Shown: positions 1-10,700 of the stretch, in pieces
How positions within the stretch are numbered: position 1 is the first letter of the stretch
Layout: each line of letters starts with the position of its first letter
Source of the DNA: Lepidodermella squamata
Lineage: Eukaryota; Animalia; Gastrotricha
Direction of reading: 5' to 3'
Assembly: GCA_047495785.1 (NCBI GenBank)
Contig: JBLDXI010000016.1
Coordinates: 186,001 to 250,000, forward strand
Length of the DNA stretch: 64,000 nt
The notes under the pieces: generated by a model
What the model saw: the letters and a program-made list of their open reading frames with translations, nothing else
Databases searched by the model: none
Told to the model about the DNA's origin: nothing
Program-made: the position numbers and the translations under genes

Positions 1-568
1 GGACATCGATCAGTTTCAGATCAATTCTATCAATCAGAGATCAATGCTAAGTATCTCCTATCGCCTCTTGATCAGATATTTCCATGAAACAATAAAAAAC
101 TAGACAACTCGCAAGCAATACGAGCTTTAAGTGAAAGTTTTTTCTATTTTCTCTGAAAATAGTTCAAAAATGCCTTGTTTCTTGATCTATTTGTAACATT
201 TTTTCATTTTGAGGCCATAGGAAGACAAGAGACTTGGAAGTTGAGCTGTAAACCTCTGGCAGCATGTTGCTACATGATTCCAACAGTTACTGGCTTGGAA
301 ATTAAGCGGAACTATGCTAGCTAGCAGAATCGGAAAAGGGAAAGCACAATTCTCCGTCAGACTATTGAGAAATTAAGCTGGCGTAATAGCAAAAAGGATT
401 CGATCAAACTTCACACCTTTCACTTGTCAAATATTCCCGCAAAAACTACCAATTTATATTTTCCATAATTGCTCTATTGTCATAGGTAAGGCTAGCTCAT
501 AACTCCTAGGACGATGCTCTCAGTTTATTTCACTTGGTCTTCGCAAAAAAGTCGAAAAAGACAACAAC

Positions 569-1735
569 TCAAAGCGAAACGTATCCAGTATCTCGAGCAA
601 CCGAAATTGCATAGCCATTGATCGCCAAATAGAAAATAATTGTGATCACGAGAGCGATCATATCGACGAGTCTGCCTTTTGTCATACACGTTTTATCACT
701 GTTCCTCCACAACGGAACTCGCTTTTGGAACCACGGCTTATAGGCCCGTGCGAAACCGCACGATGCCAGGGAATAGACGGTACTGCCCCACGAGAACAAT
801 GAGCAGAGATCCGTGTAAGAACTCAGGAACACTCGTTGAGGCTTGGGCGGAATTCTAGTCAGGATACTGCCCTGTAGAAACGTCAACGCAAGAAGGATTG
901 TCACAGTAAAAACAGGCCTATCGGGTATTTCCGGTAACAGGAAAAAGGCAGCGATTTCCAAGCTCGACAAGACCAAGGATGGTATCATCAAATTATATAT
1001 GAAAAATTCAGGCTTCCGGCGTAGGTAAAACGTAAAATGGGCGGCGCTTCGATTTCCGAATACGTTGACATAGCCATAGCTGTGATTCCAGCCGAGGTAC
1101 GTCCATTCCAAGCTAGGGCCCATGAACTGGCCGTCAACCGCCGATGAAGGAGATGGCACGAACATAACAGCATTCCGATTCGGCTGTAGTACGAACGAAA
1201 CTGTGCAATTTTGGGAGTCGAACGGGAACAGGCTGAAGTCCATCGGGCAAAGTGAGGTGAATACACCAACTCGCTGCCAATAAACCCCGATATTGTTGGT
1301 TACAAATGGGTCATGGTACAGCAGAGTTCGAGTCGTGAAGCCGTTCGACATTGAAAAGTCAGAAATAGCGTTCTTATGGTGGAAATGAGGCCGCCATAGC
1401 TGGTCGAGTTCAACTATTGCTGTGACGAAATCAGGCCGGGAATAATTCCCACAGATCGTTCGCCACTCGACTGAGATAGCTCCAGAGAACGTCATCGTTT
1501 CGTCAGAATCAACCACCGCGTGAAATCTATGGGGCAGTAGGCCGATTTCGATCTTTACCGGTATGCAATTTCGAAATAGTTTAGTGTCGCCCGATACACA
1601 GAGCGGAGCGTAATTGTTAGGTGATAGGTAGTCGCATGACGATAAAATGTCTTCGTGAATCCTCAGACTGTTGCAGGATTCAAATAGTAGAACCAAAACA
1701 AGAATGGTGCGCACAATTGTTTTTCTGGGGCTCAT
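569..1735 (-). CDS. Non-canonical Cys-loop (pLGIC/nAChR-like) receptor subunit, array copy 1, intronless CDS
   Basis: 388-aa ORF with signal peptide; Cys-loop CPMDFSLFPFDSQNC; pre-M1 LRRKPEFF; four TM helices with M2 DRPVFTVTILLALTFL; short M3-M4 loop. Confidence 0.93.
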   Translation of the reverse strand: MSPRKTIVRTILVLVLLFESCNSLRIHEDILSSCDYLSPNNYAPLCVSGDTKLFRNCIPVKIEIGLLPHRFHAVVDSDETMTFSGAISVEWRTICGNYSRPDFVTAIVELDQLWRPHFHHKNAISDFSMSNGFTTRTLLYHDPFVTNNIGVYWQRVGVFTSLCPMDFSLFPFDSQNCTVSFVLQPNRNAVMFVPSPSSAVDGQFMGPSLEWTYLGWNHSYGYVNVFGNRSAAHFTFYLRRKPEFFIYNLMIPSLVLSSLEIAAFFLLPEIPDRPVFTVTILLALTFLQGSILTRIPPKPQRVFLSSYTDLCSLFSWGSTVYSLASCGFARAYKPWFQKRVPLWRNSDKTCMTKGRLVDMIALVITIIFYLAINGYAISVARDTGYVSL

Positions 1736-3140
1736 TTTATCACAATATCGACAGAGACAAAATTACCAAATGTATACCATTGAGCTGGTTAATATTTAAT
1801 TATTCCTAATGAGCTCGATAGCTTTGAGCCCAAATGAATCCATATTCAAAATGTTTAATGATATGACATCGATGATGTGAAGATTAATTGTAAGATTTTA
1901 TTAAAACAACTTGTCAAGCTAATATTTGATTCCAGCTTTCATGATATCAGAATGAATCCATAGTAGACGCTCGATCATTTCTCTTCGCAATATTTGTTCA
2001 ATCGATATCACCGCAGCATGTATGGGGCTGAAATCGGTGATTTTATACAAGTCAGTAGATTCATACCCTGAAAAAAATAATTAGAATCTCGGATATTAAA
2101 TCTATGAATAGCATACAAATTTGATCAACGAAAATGCCACTTTTCAAGGATACAATTTTCAATTGTCTTGTTCATTTCTGAATGGAGCCAGCCGAGATTT
2201 ACGAATCGAAACGAGCCGTAGGCGAGTTGAGATGAGTAAATCGAGTACGGCGAGTTCAGATATAAACGATTTACGAATGTTATACCGTAAAATATCGAAT
2301 TGTCAAAGCTACTCGACCTATAGTTTTGGGGACAATTCTATATTTGTATGATATAACATGAGTAGGAATCTATATTTGAGTGAAGCACGAGATCTATACG
2401 AGTGCTTCACGAAAATATAGGCTTCTACGAATGTTGTATCGTAAAATATAGCATTCGCTCAAAAAATAAAGTGTTAAAGTTAGTACCCATGCTCATGCGA
2501 TATTTATAGATATACTCGTAATTCATTCATATCTGGATTCTCCGCACTCGATTTGGTCATGCCGAATCGGCTCCGCCTCGTCAGCATGCCCACATCTCGT
2601 GCTACGAATCTCAGATATGAATAAAAAACTCGTACAATATCATACAAATATTACACGATGTCTATATTTTTCGCAACGCAAAATAATAAATAATAAAATA
2701 TCCAACTTAAAATTTGATCGAAAAATGGTTTTCTCTTCATTCTCGCTCATTTTTTCTCATTCGTTCGAATTTCGTCTCGTTCCGAACGTCGATTTTCTGC
2801 CCGAACGAAATTCTGCTCGAATTTCACGAACAAATGCTCCCAGAATTCTGCTTTGATTGGCAAAGCTGCCGCATTTGAAGCCGAATAATATATATATATA
2901 TATCATGATGTTTAATTCGAGAAATTACCCAACGGCGAGCGAAGCGAGCTTTAGCTGACGATTTTTTCCAAATTTCAGCTCTGAAAATGGTCTAACAAAG
3001 CTTCAAAATTACCCGTAACTATCCCGTCAACTCCTGATTTAGGGGCGATCTAACATTTTGGTGTTTACACTTCACCGTTTTGGTGTTTACTTTGTAAACC
3101 TGTAAACCCCTTAAAAAAACACTGATTATATATTTATTTA

Positions 3141-3674
3141 TTAATGGGAACAAAACTTCAAAAATGATATAAACAACGCTGTCATTTTGAAGAGGACTGC
3201 TTCCATCTTGTTGCCAGAGGAGGCTGCAGTTAGGGTACAGCACCCATTCATGCACCATTGATCCATGTTTTTGCTTGCACATGACGAGTTGGTAACGCAG
3301 ACCAGTCTATCCCACGAGCAGTAAAGAGGGTACGTGCTACAAGTTCCGTTACCGCCGTAGTACTGAGCCGATGGGGGACATACGCAGGTCGAGGATAGAC
3401 AGCTCAAAGATCCCTGGCAGTCTGCGTCTTTCTGACAACGGGCCTTATACACCGCACAACGCGAACAGCTCTCGTCGTAGTAATCAGCGCAGTTGTTTTG
3501 CCGATAATAAGGCCTGGTGCTGGGACACTGGCAATATCCGTAGTAGCATACGATATTGTTGCCACCGCAATCACCATCAATGATGCATTTATCTCCGTAA
3601 TTATGCTCGGCTGAAATATAAGTGAGACATAAGGCCGTAGCGATGAGAATGAAGAGCGAGTTTAACCGATGCAT
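3141..3674 (-). CDS. Small secreted cysteine-rich protein (EB-module/knottin-like repeats), possible GPI/C-terminal anchor
   Basis: 177-aa single-exon ORF; signal peptide; three similar Cys-rich modules (CIIDGDC..C....CQC, CQKDADC..C....CVC, CVTNSSC..C...CC); hydrophobic C-terminus after ASSG. Confidence 0.75.
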   Translation of the reverse strand: MHRLNSLFILIATALCLTYISAEHNYGDKCIIDGDCGGNNIVCYYGYCQCPSTRPYYRQNNCADYYDESCSRCAVYKARCQKDADCQGSLSCLSSTCVCPPSAQYYGGNGTCSTYPLYCSWDRLVCVTNSSCASKNMDQWCMNGCCTLTAASSGNKMEAVLFKMTALFISFLKFCSH

Positions 3675-3829
3675 ATTGTAGTGAAAGCTGTTTCAACAAT
3701 GACGATGTGCAGATGATGCTTAGATGAGAAGACTTTTTGTTCGAGGTGCCGTAGGCGTACGCAAAGTTCGTGTAAACAGTAGTCATGCGTGGTAGTAATG
3801 GATTTAGTTTAATTTAATTACATTGCGCT

Positions 3830-3976
3830 CCTGTTATAACGAACCCTCTTTACAGTGAACATTTGCTATAACGAACAAATTTAAGTGGTACGAACAGAAT
3901 CCAGCTTTTTCAATTTAACCTAGGTACTTGGTTTATAACGAACTGTTTATAGCGAACTATTGGCTATAACGAACGT
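3830..3976. repeat. Clustered TATAACGAAC motifs, probable pogo/Tigger-type MITE end remnant
   Basis: About five copies of (t)tataacgaac within 150 bp, resembling sub-terminal repeats of Tc1/pogo MITEs; no matching opposite end found. Confidence 0.35.
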
Positions 3977-4125
3977 CCCCAGGTGGCATGGCGGCAGCTG
4001 CTTGCCTGTTATTCATGTTTCACCGGCTTCATAACGAACACGAGCCGGGCTCATGCTCACAGCTGACTCAGTTCACTTCATCACTTTCTCACTTTCAAAA
4101 TTGTGTTTAGTGGCGGTCATGGGAT

Positions 4126-4815
4126 TCAGCTAAGGCGCGGGTCACTGAGCGGCGATATTCGACAATCGACAAGACAAGGAAACAGGTCACCGGGGGCAGG
4201 AAACGGAATCGCAAGGAGCTTCTCTATCAGCGTACGCGAAAAACCGAGGCGGTCTGCACGGGAGACATCGTGAGGCGGGAACGGGTCGGGGGCAGGTGGG
4301 TCAGCAAAAATCGGCCGTCGGCCGGCGGAAAAACTGACGGAAATCGAGGTGACAAAATGGTCGCTCATGTAGCGGTCGCCAACAATGGCTTCAGTAGGCG
4401 TAGGGCGGCGTCATTGAGAATCCAATACGAGTTACAGCGTGGTGGAGCGAGAAGCCACTGTCGTTTTATAGGTCCGTCTTCCCCCACAGTGGTGACTTCG
4501 CGTTGAGGTCTCCGCTGAAGAAACAGGGGAAACCGAGGCGGGCAGCGTCTGTGAGCTCTTCCTCGAACCAGCGCAGATCGAGGCTAGAGGAGGGCTGACA
4601 GTAACCGGTGAGCACACGCACGGCGGCACTACGACGATCGGGCAGCAGGTCGAGACTAATCCATTCTCTTCTCTTTGCCCCAGTCAATGCCAGCTTCCTC
4701 TCGGACAGGACAAGCGCCCACACGCTAACCAGGATCGCCGACCCGCCACGCGCGTCGCCAAGCAAGGCCTCTGCAAGGTCCTCTGCCATGTCACAGCGAA
4801 AGATCGCGTACCCCT
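4126..4815 (-). mobile_element. Degenerate non-LTR retrotransposon (LINE) apurinic-endonuclease-like domain fragment
   Basis: Motifs GYAIFRCD..RGGSAILV..TGYCQP..GDLNAKSPLWG and downstream SDHF match the APE endonuclease of LINE ORF2; broken by stops/frameshifts. Confidence 0.75.
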
Positions 4816-4949
4816 TTAAGGAGAAAGAGGTAAAAGAGTAAAAGAAGGATTCAATAATAACAAATGCAAGCGGACGAAATTGCTTTGTAACACAATAAAA
4901 ATTCAGGCTGTTTATCATTACCACCGCGGCAGTTCCATTGAGTAAGAAA

Positions 4950-5094
4950 ATAAGGCGGCGAGGTCCTTGGCAACTGTTGTCCTCCAGGTAGTCGTCGGCT
5001 GACCGCGGTCTCGATGGCCAATGGGCTGCCAGTGTAGTGCTACCTTGGGGATGCGATCGTCATCCCTGCGCATGACGTGACCGCACCATCTCAT
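4950..5094 (-). mobile_element. RTE-clade LINE ORF2 C-terminal fragment
   Basis: Manual translation MRWCGHVMRRDDDRIPKVALHWQPIGHRDRGQPTTTWRTTVAKDL matches the RWxGHVxR...GxRxRGRP..TW...DL tail of RTE elements. Confidence 0.7.
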
Positions 5095-5439
5095 AGACTT
5101 TTAAGCGGATGCTACTAATGATTTTCGATCCACATTTTAACTCACAATTAAATTCCGATTTATTTGAGATTTTTTGTCATTAAGTGCACTTATCGTTCTT
5201 TATCTACCATCTACCACTTAATCCACTTGAACAACTCTTCATGCCTGTATCCACAGGTGGAATGCAGTAGCTACAGTGGTCATTCGGTGGGTGTTGAACT
5301 GCAATAAATTTGCGCTTTTTCCCAGCAATTTTGCTAACATTTAACCTAACAGTACTAGGAAGCAATAAGATCTTACCAGAAAACGATCTCTTTTCGAGCA
5401 TAAAATTTAAAAATCAGTGGAAATTCCATTTGATGAATA

Positions 5440-5875
5440 CCGTATTGCTGCAAAAACGGACCCGGGCTTATGCAATGTTGGAAGACCAAATGTCGTCAAA
5501 AACTGGGCTTCTAATTGAGGGTGGGCTTCTGTTAGAGAGTGGGCTTATACATCAAGGGTGAAGAAACTCGGTCTAATTTAAACAAATTCTCCTATACATC
5601 TTCCTGAAGAAGTGACCACTTTTCTAATAAAAAGCGTCATTATTTAATGAAAAACAAGCATACTACTCTATTTTTGCAGTTGCTTCTGCTGTTCCCATGG
5701 CTTATATACCGAATTAGCTTATAATTCTGGGTTAGTGACAGGCCTTGCAAACCAAAAGAGTTTGACTCGGGTTACTATAAGAAGGTGGGGTTATGATATA
5801 GCAGACCCTTTTACCTGGGCCTCTAAATGAGCTGGGTCACTAAACGAGCGTGGGTCAGTATTTGCAGCAATACGG
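5440..5875. mobile_element. Tc1/mariner(pogo)-type MITE
   Basis: 24-bp TIRs (ccgtattgctgcaaaaacggaccc / ccgtattgctgcaaatactgaccc, 2 mismatches) flanked by TA on both sides. Confidence 0.8.
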
Positions 5876-6361
5876 TATCTGAAATCATTCTTGTCAAATC
5901 CTCAACAAGGACGGTATGTATTAATGCCATTAGGTCCTCGAGTGTTGAGGATTTGATTTGAAATCAAATCTCTCACCCTCTATGGCATTCAATTGAATAA
6001 ATTTAATAATTTCCAGCTATTCCACCTTTGTTTAATAATTCCAGCTCTCATCAGAATGTAATGCCGATATGGGATAGGTATTACGTATGATTTAATATTA
6101 AGAATATCGATCTTTTACACAATTACGCAGAGACTCAATTTCCAATTTCGTGTCCGAGTTTATTTGCTCGTTAGCGTTCGTTGAAGTAAACTTATCAGTA
6201 ATAAAGCAGTAAGGTGAAGAAAACAAATATCGGACATAAGTATAGACGAAGGAAGATAATTTGACAACTTCAGTCGCGAAACTAGATGTTTCAAAGCGTT
6301 GCAGAAACCCGAAAGAATGTCGACCCAAATGTGCTCCGCTAAGCAACGTGTGAGAAATAAT

Positions 6362-7519
6362 TTAAATGTGGCCTACGGTGATAGCAACTGATAAAGCGTA
6401 ACCATTGATTGCAATAAACATAATGATAGCCACTCCGAGGGCGATTAAATCGACAAATCTTCCCACGGTCATTCTAACCTTTCCACAGCTAGGCAACAGT
6501 GTCGCGAACGTCATTGGTCTCTTGAAAAACTGCTTGTAAGCTCTGGTGAAGCCACAAGAGGCAAGCGAGTAAATAGTGCAGGCCCAAGCGAACAACGAGC
6601 AAAGATCCGTGTATTTCATCAAGAAGCATCGCCGAGGTTTCGCCGGAATCTGGCTTAGAATGCTGCCTTGAAGAAAAGTCATGGCCAGCAGGATGGTAAC
6701 AGTGAAAACCGGCCTGTCGGGTATGTCCGGAAGCAGAAGAAACGCAGCTACCTCGAGGCTCGACAGAATGAAACAGGGTATCATTAGGTTATTGATGAAG
6801 AATTCCGGCTTTCTCTTGAGATGAAACGTGAAATGGGCAGCGCTGCGGTTGCCGAATGCATTGATGAAGTTAACGCTTTTGTTCCATCCGAGGTAAGTCC
6901 ATTGTAACCCAGAGCTTATGAAATCAGCATCTACGGCCGACATAGGGCTCGAGACGAATTCCACGCAACTGCTAGTCTCCTGAAGGACGAAAGATACCGT
7001 GCAAGACTGCATGTCAAATGGGAATAGGTCTATATCCATTGGACATAAGGAGGTGAACACTCCAACTCGCTGCCAATACACCCCAATTGATTCCCCGATC
7101 TTCAAGTCGCGGTAGAGATAATTTCTTCTAGTAAAGCCGTCCGACATCCCAAATTCAGTTATCGCGTTTTTGTGGTGAAAATGAGGCAGCCAAACTTTGT
7201 CTCGTTCGATGTAAGTTCTAAAAGGGGGCCGGCGAGTGTAGTTTTTGCAGGGTGCATAGTATTCGACATTCAAAGCCCCTGACAATGCCATAGTTTCATC
7301 TGCGTCAATTATGTTGTGAAAACGATGAGGCAGGAAGGTAATCTCTACTTGCAACATTTGGCATGTTGCAGCATGAGTTTCGATGTCTCCCAATGGGCAC
7401 AGTGGCGTGTAGACGCCAGGTGACAAGTGGCTACACGCATCCATGATTTCCTGACCGATTAACTGAGCTGAACTGCCATTCATCAGCATTAGAACAGAAA
7501 AGACTAAAATTGTCATCAT
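6362..7519 (-). CDS. Non-canonical Cys-loop receptor subunit, copy 2 (paralog of copy 5)
   Basis: First ATG at 7519 (ORF track starts at TTG 7528); Cys-loop CPMDIDLFPFDMQSC; 4 TM; PDRP M2 entrance. Confidence 0.93.
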   Translation of the reverse strand: MMTILVFSVLMLMNGSSAQLIGQEIMDACSHLSPGVYTPLCPLGDIETHAATCQMLQVEITFLPHRFHNIIDADETMALSGALNVEYYAPCKNYTRRPPFRTYIERDKVWLPHFHHKNAITEFGMSDGFTRRNYLYRDLKIGESIGVYWQRVGVFTSLCPMDIDLFPFDMQSCTVSFVLQETSSCVEFVSSPMSAVDADFISSGLQWTYLGWNKSVNFINAFGNRSAAHFTFHLKRKPEFFINNLMIPCFILSSLEVAAFLLLPDIPDRPVFTVTILLAMTFLQGSILSQIPAKPRRCFLMKYTDLCSLFAWACTIYSLASCGFTRAYKQFFKRPMTFATLLPSCGKVRMTVGRFVDLIALGVAIIMFIAINGYALSVAITVGHI

Positions 7520-8269
7520 TTTAAACAACTTTGTACTGAAAAGTAAAACTAAAGTCAGTGGTTATGTCGATGAGCGCTTATTGTTTGATTGGAGTTCGTT
7601 TTACATATGAAATCTGCGCTTCAGTCGAGGTCAGATTCCGTTTATCTAGCATTTTCCGCTCTCGCCGATGTTTATTCATAATGTTTATTCGCCACGCAAC
7701 CGCTAAATGGCAATGAGTTTCACCAATTTGCTTTATAGGAAAAATTCTGAAAAAATCATCGATAATGCTGTAAACCTGTCCATGCATCCAATCATAAGAG
7801 TAAATAATCTGGGATGTGAAAATGTTCAAGCCCTAGGTGTTTACAAACACAAGAAGAAATCACAACTTCAAATCACAGACGTTTCAAACATGGGGGAAAT
7901 GAGATTCAAATTCAAAATGTTGCTTAGAAATAATTGGATGACGCTTTCGATTGAATCGACTGATTCATACCATTTACCATTATCTGCACCGTTTAGCTTT
8001 ATCTGTCAGTCGTGAACTTTGTTTCAATTTTTAAGTTATTGACGCTTTACTATTTCAAAGTAATCGGGTCCAATTATAAGTAAAAAGTTCGGGAAATTGA
8101 GATGAAATACTCAAGGTTCAGGTACGTTTACAGACCGCGAGTCGAACAGGGGAGTATTATTAGCGTGATATGGCACGGACAAGAAAAATTCATTTCAGCG
8201 AATCTGGAATCGAGAGACATAATTCGAGACTTTAGCTCTTTTATTTAGATATAACGGCAAAATCTTGCG

Positions 8270-9397
8270 CTATGTGTAACTCGCTGCAACTGACAAAGCA
8301 TAACTATTGATCCCGACGAAGAAAATTATAGCGGCGAAAAGCGCCAAGATATCAATAAATCTACCCAACGTGATGGTAAACCATGGCAGAAATTTAACTG
8401 GCTTCTTGAAGAACGGTTTGTACGTTCTTGTAACGCCACAAGCCGCCAACGAGTACGCTGTACAAACCCAAGAAAACAAAGCGCAGAGATCAGTGTAATT
8501 ACTAAGAAAAATGCGTTGAGGTTTAGGTGGGACACGGCTGAGAATATTCCCCTGCAAAACCGTCATAGCCAACATGACTGTGACAGTAAAAGCTGGCCTA
8601 TCAGGTATATTTGGCAATAGAAAGAAAGCAGCTAGTTCTAGGCTGGAAAGAATCATACACTGGATCATGAGGTTGTAGATGTAGAATTGAGGCTTCCGTT
8701 GGAAATGAAGCGTGAAATGGGCTGCACTTCGATTTCCGAAAACGTTGATAGAGTCAATACTCTGATTCCAGCCTAGGTAGATCCACTCCAAACCAGGGCC
8801 CATGAAATACGGGTCTACCAATGAATCATTGCTGGGAACAAGAACGGCTGCTTTGATGTTCTCTTGGAGGATGAACGACACGGTACAAGCCTGCGTGTCA
8901 AACGGGAACATTTCGAAATCCATCGCGCACAGCGACGTGAACACACCGACTCGTTGCCAGTAATTTGAAATGTTAGCATATGGGGTACCCGCGTCGCGAT
9001 ATAGCACTATCCGCTCAGAAAAGCCGTTTGTCATTGAAAATTCCGATATAGCATTTTTGTGTAGTAAATGGGGCAGCCATACTTGATTCTGTTGGGCGTA
9101 GACATTATGAGTGACTGGCCGGGTGTAGTTCTCACAGGGAGCGAGCCATCGAAGAGTCAAAGCGGCTGACATTGCCGTTGTCTCATCTGCATCGATGATA
9201 GTGTGGAAACGATGCGGCTGCAGTCCGATTCTAATTTGAAGCGGAGTACATTTATTCGGCCCTTCGTAATTGCCGAACGGGCAGCTGGGGTTAAAGACGC
9301 CTGGCAGCAAGTTGCTGCATGATTCAATCATCTCACCGATAGTCTGGGCTGAAATCGCCGTTAATAGAGTCGATAGAACAAAAGCAAATTTCAACAT
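8270..9397 (-). CDS. Non-canonical Cys-loop receptor subunit, copy 3 (near-identical to copy 6)
   Basis: 375-aa ORF; Cys-loop CAMDFEMFPFDTQAC; 4 TM. Confidence 0.93.
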   Translation of the reverse strand: MLKFAFVLSTLLTAISAQTIGEMIESCSNLLPGVFNPSCPFGNYEGPNKCTPLQIRIGLQPHRFHTIIDADETTAMSAALTLRWLAPCENYTRPVTHNVYAQQNQVWLPHLLHKNAISEFSMTNGFSERIVLYRDAGTPYANISNYWQRVGVFTSLCAMDFEMFPFDTQACTVSFILQENIKAAVLVPSNDSLVDPYFMGPGLEWIYLGWNQSIDSINVFGNRSAAHFTLHFQRKPQFYIYNLMIQCMILSSLELAAFFLLPNIPDRPAFTVTVMLAMTVLQGNILSRVPPKPQRIFLSNYTDLCALFSWVCTAYSLAACGVTRTYKPFFKKPVKFLPWFTITLGRFIDILALFAAIIFFVGINSYALSVAASYT

Positions 9398-9637
9398 TTT
9401 ATCTGAAAAGATTCAGATGCAAATTTAACATTGGTGGATCGTCCGATATTCGTAGCTTGGCAGAGGCGTAGACTAGGCTGATAGACTGTTTGTTCAACGT
9501 CACGCATAATCCCTTTTTACCCGTTGGAAAAGGAGAATTCATCATATCCCCGTTTTATCGGCCATAAAATTCTATTTGCGAAGCAATTGAGCTGTTGTCG
9601 TAAATGACCCGATCTGCGATTGTTGTAATGCAGTCAA

Positions 9638-9861
9638 ATAAGCAGGATATCAGCACTCACAGGGTCGATCGATTCTAAACTGAAAATGTCCAACTCGTTC
9701 GCAGTATTCCTTATTTTCTGAGAATTTCCCTGATTTGAATTCCCGAAAATATCGGAGATCGAAGTAATGCATTTAGTCACCCTATAAATAACGAATGTTA
9801 GCCAACTACATATAAGCAGGATATCAGCACTCACAGGGTCGACCGATTCTAAACTGAAAAT
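9638..9861. repeat. 50-bp direct repeat (9638-9687 and 9812-9861); third copy near 15673-15724
   Basis: ataagcaggatatcagcactcacagggtcgaYcgattctaaactgaaaat, one mismatch between the two local copies; lies upstream of copies 3 and 6. Confidence 0.8.
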
Positions 9862-10700
9862 TTCAAACTCATTTCCTATTTCCTATTATGCTTTAATTTA
9901 CGTAATTCTCTGAGAATTCGGCTAATACTTCGAATTCACGAATACAAGCATAAGCTTCGAATCACTCGTGATGTCTTCCCGTAACATGTTTTGAAATGCT
10001 TCTATTGATTATGCAAATTATAAAGAAAAACAAGAAACAAGTGAGGAGCGCTAGCCTAGTTCCTAGTTGATAAGGACCTACAGGACATACAGCCTGGTTC
10101 AATGACCACTGACGCCCGACAATGGTTTAGCAATAATCAACTATGATAGTGAGACAAAAAATGCTACTTGAGTACACTGCGAAACAATTTCTCGAGACCC
10201 TTTGACGCTGATAGAGATAGAGATACGATCGAGTACATATTCCATGCGAGTACACTGTACGCTCTAGAAGAGGTGAGGGATCTGTAGGTGCTCCGTGTGA
10301 CCCAGGATAGTGCCATGTGAGCACGTCCCACCCCAACACTGCCGCGGCTGTCGTTTTCGGTCCTCAAAATGTTAAAGGTCGAATTGACGTTTGGCGAATA
10401 GTAGTGCAGAGATTTCGCATGTTGAATAGCCGTTTGCTCAGTTGTCGCCACACCTCACAAATTTTGCATAGATTCTGAATTTCTGAAACAATTGAAATTG
10501 ATTAAACATCCAATTCAGTTCATGCATAAGAGCAACATGTTGGATTTCTCGCAGCCTCACTGAATTTATTAAATTAAAATCATTACACTTAAATGGCTAA
10601 GATAAGGCTGAAATATATTTAGCAGAAGAATGAAGTGATATTCGCTGTTTCGAAGTAGCATACGAAATGAGCGATGCATCTGCTGTAATCATTACTCGGC

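Noticed and set aside
2170-2840. Repeated gatttacgaat/tcgtaaaatat words and an imperfect hairpin
   Set aside because: Likely old TE debris; no ends or family assignable
10045-10115. Possible tRNA-derived SINE (A/B-box-like words)
   Set aside because: Boxes weak, no cloverleaf, tail or TSD
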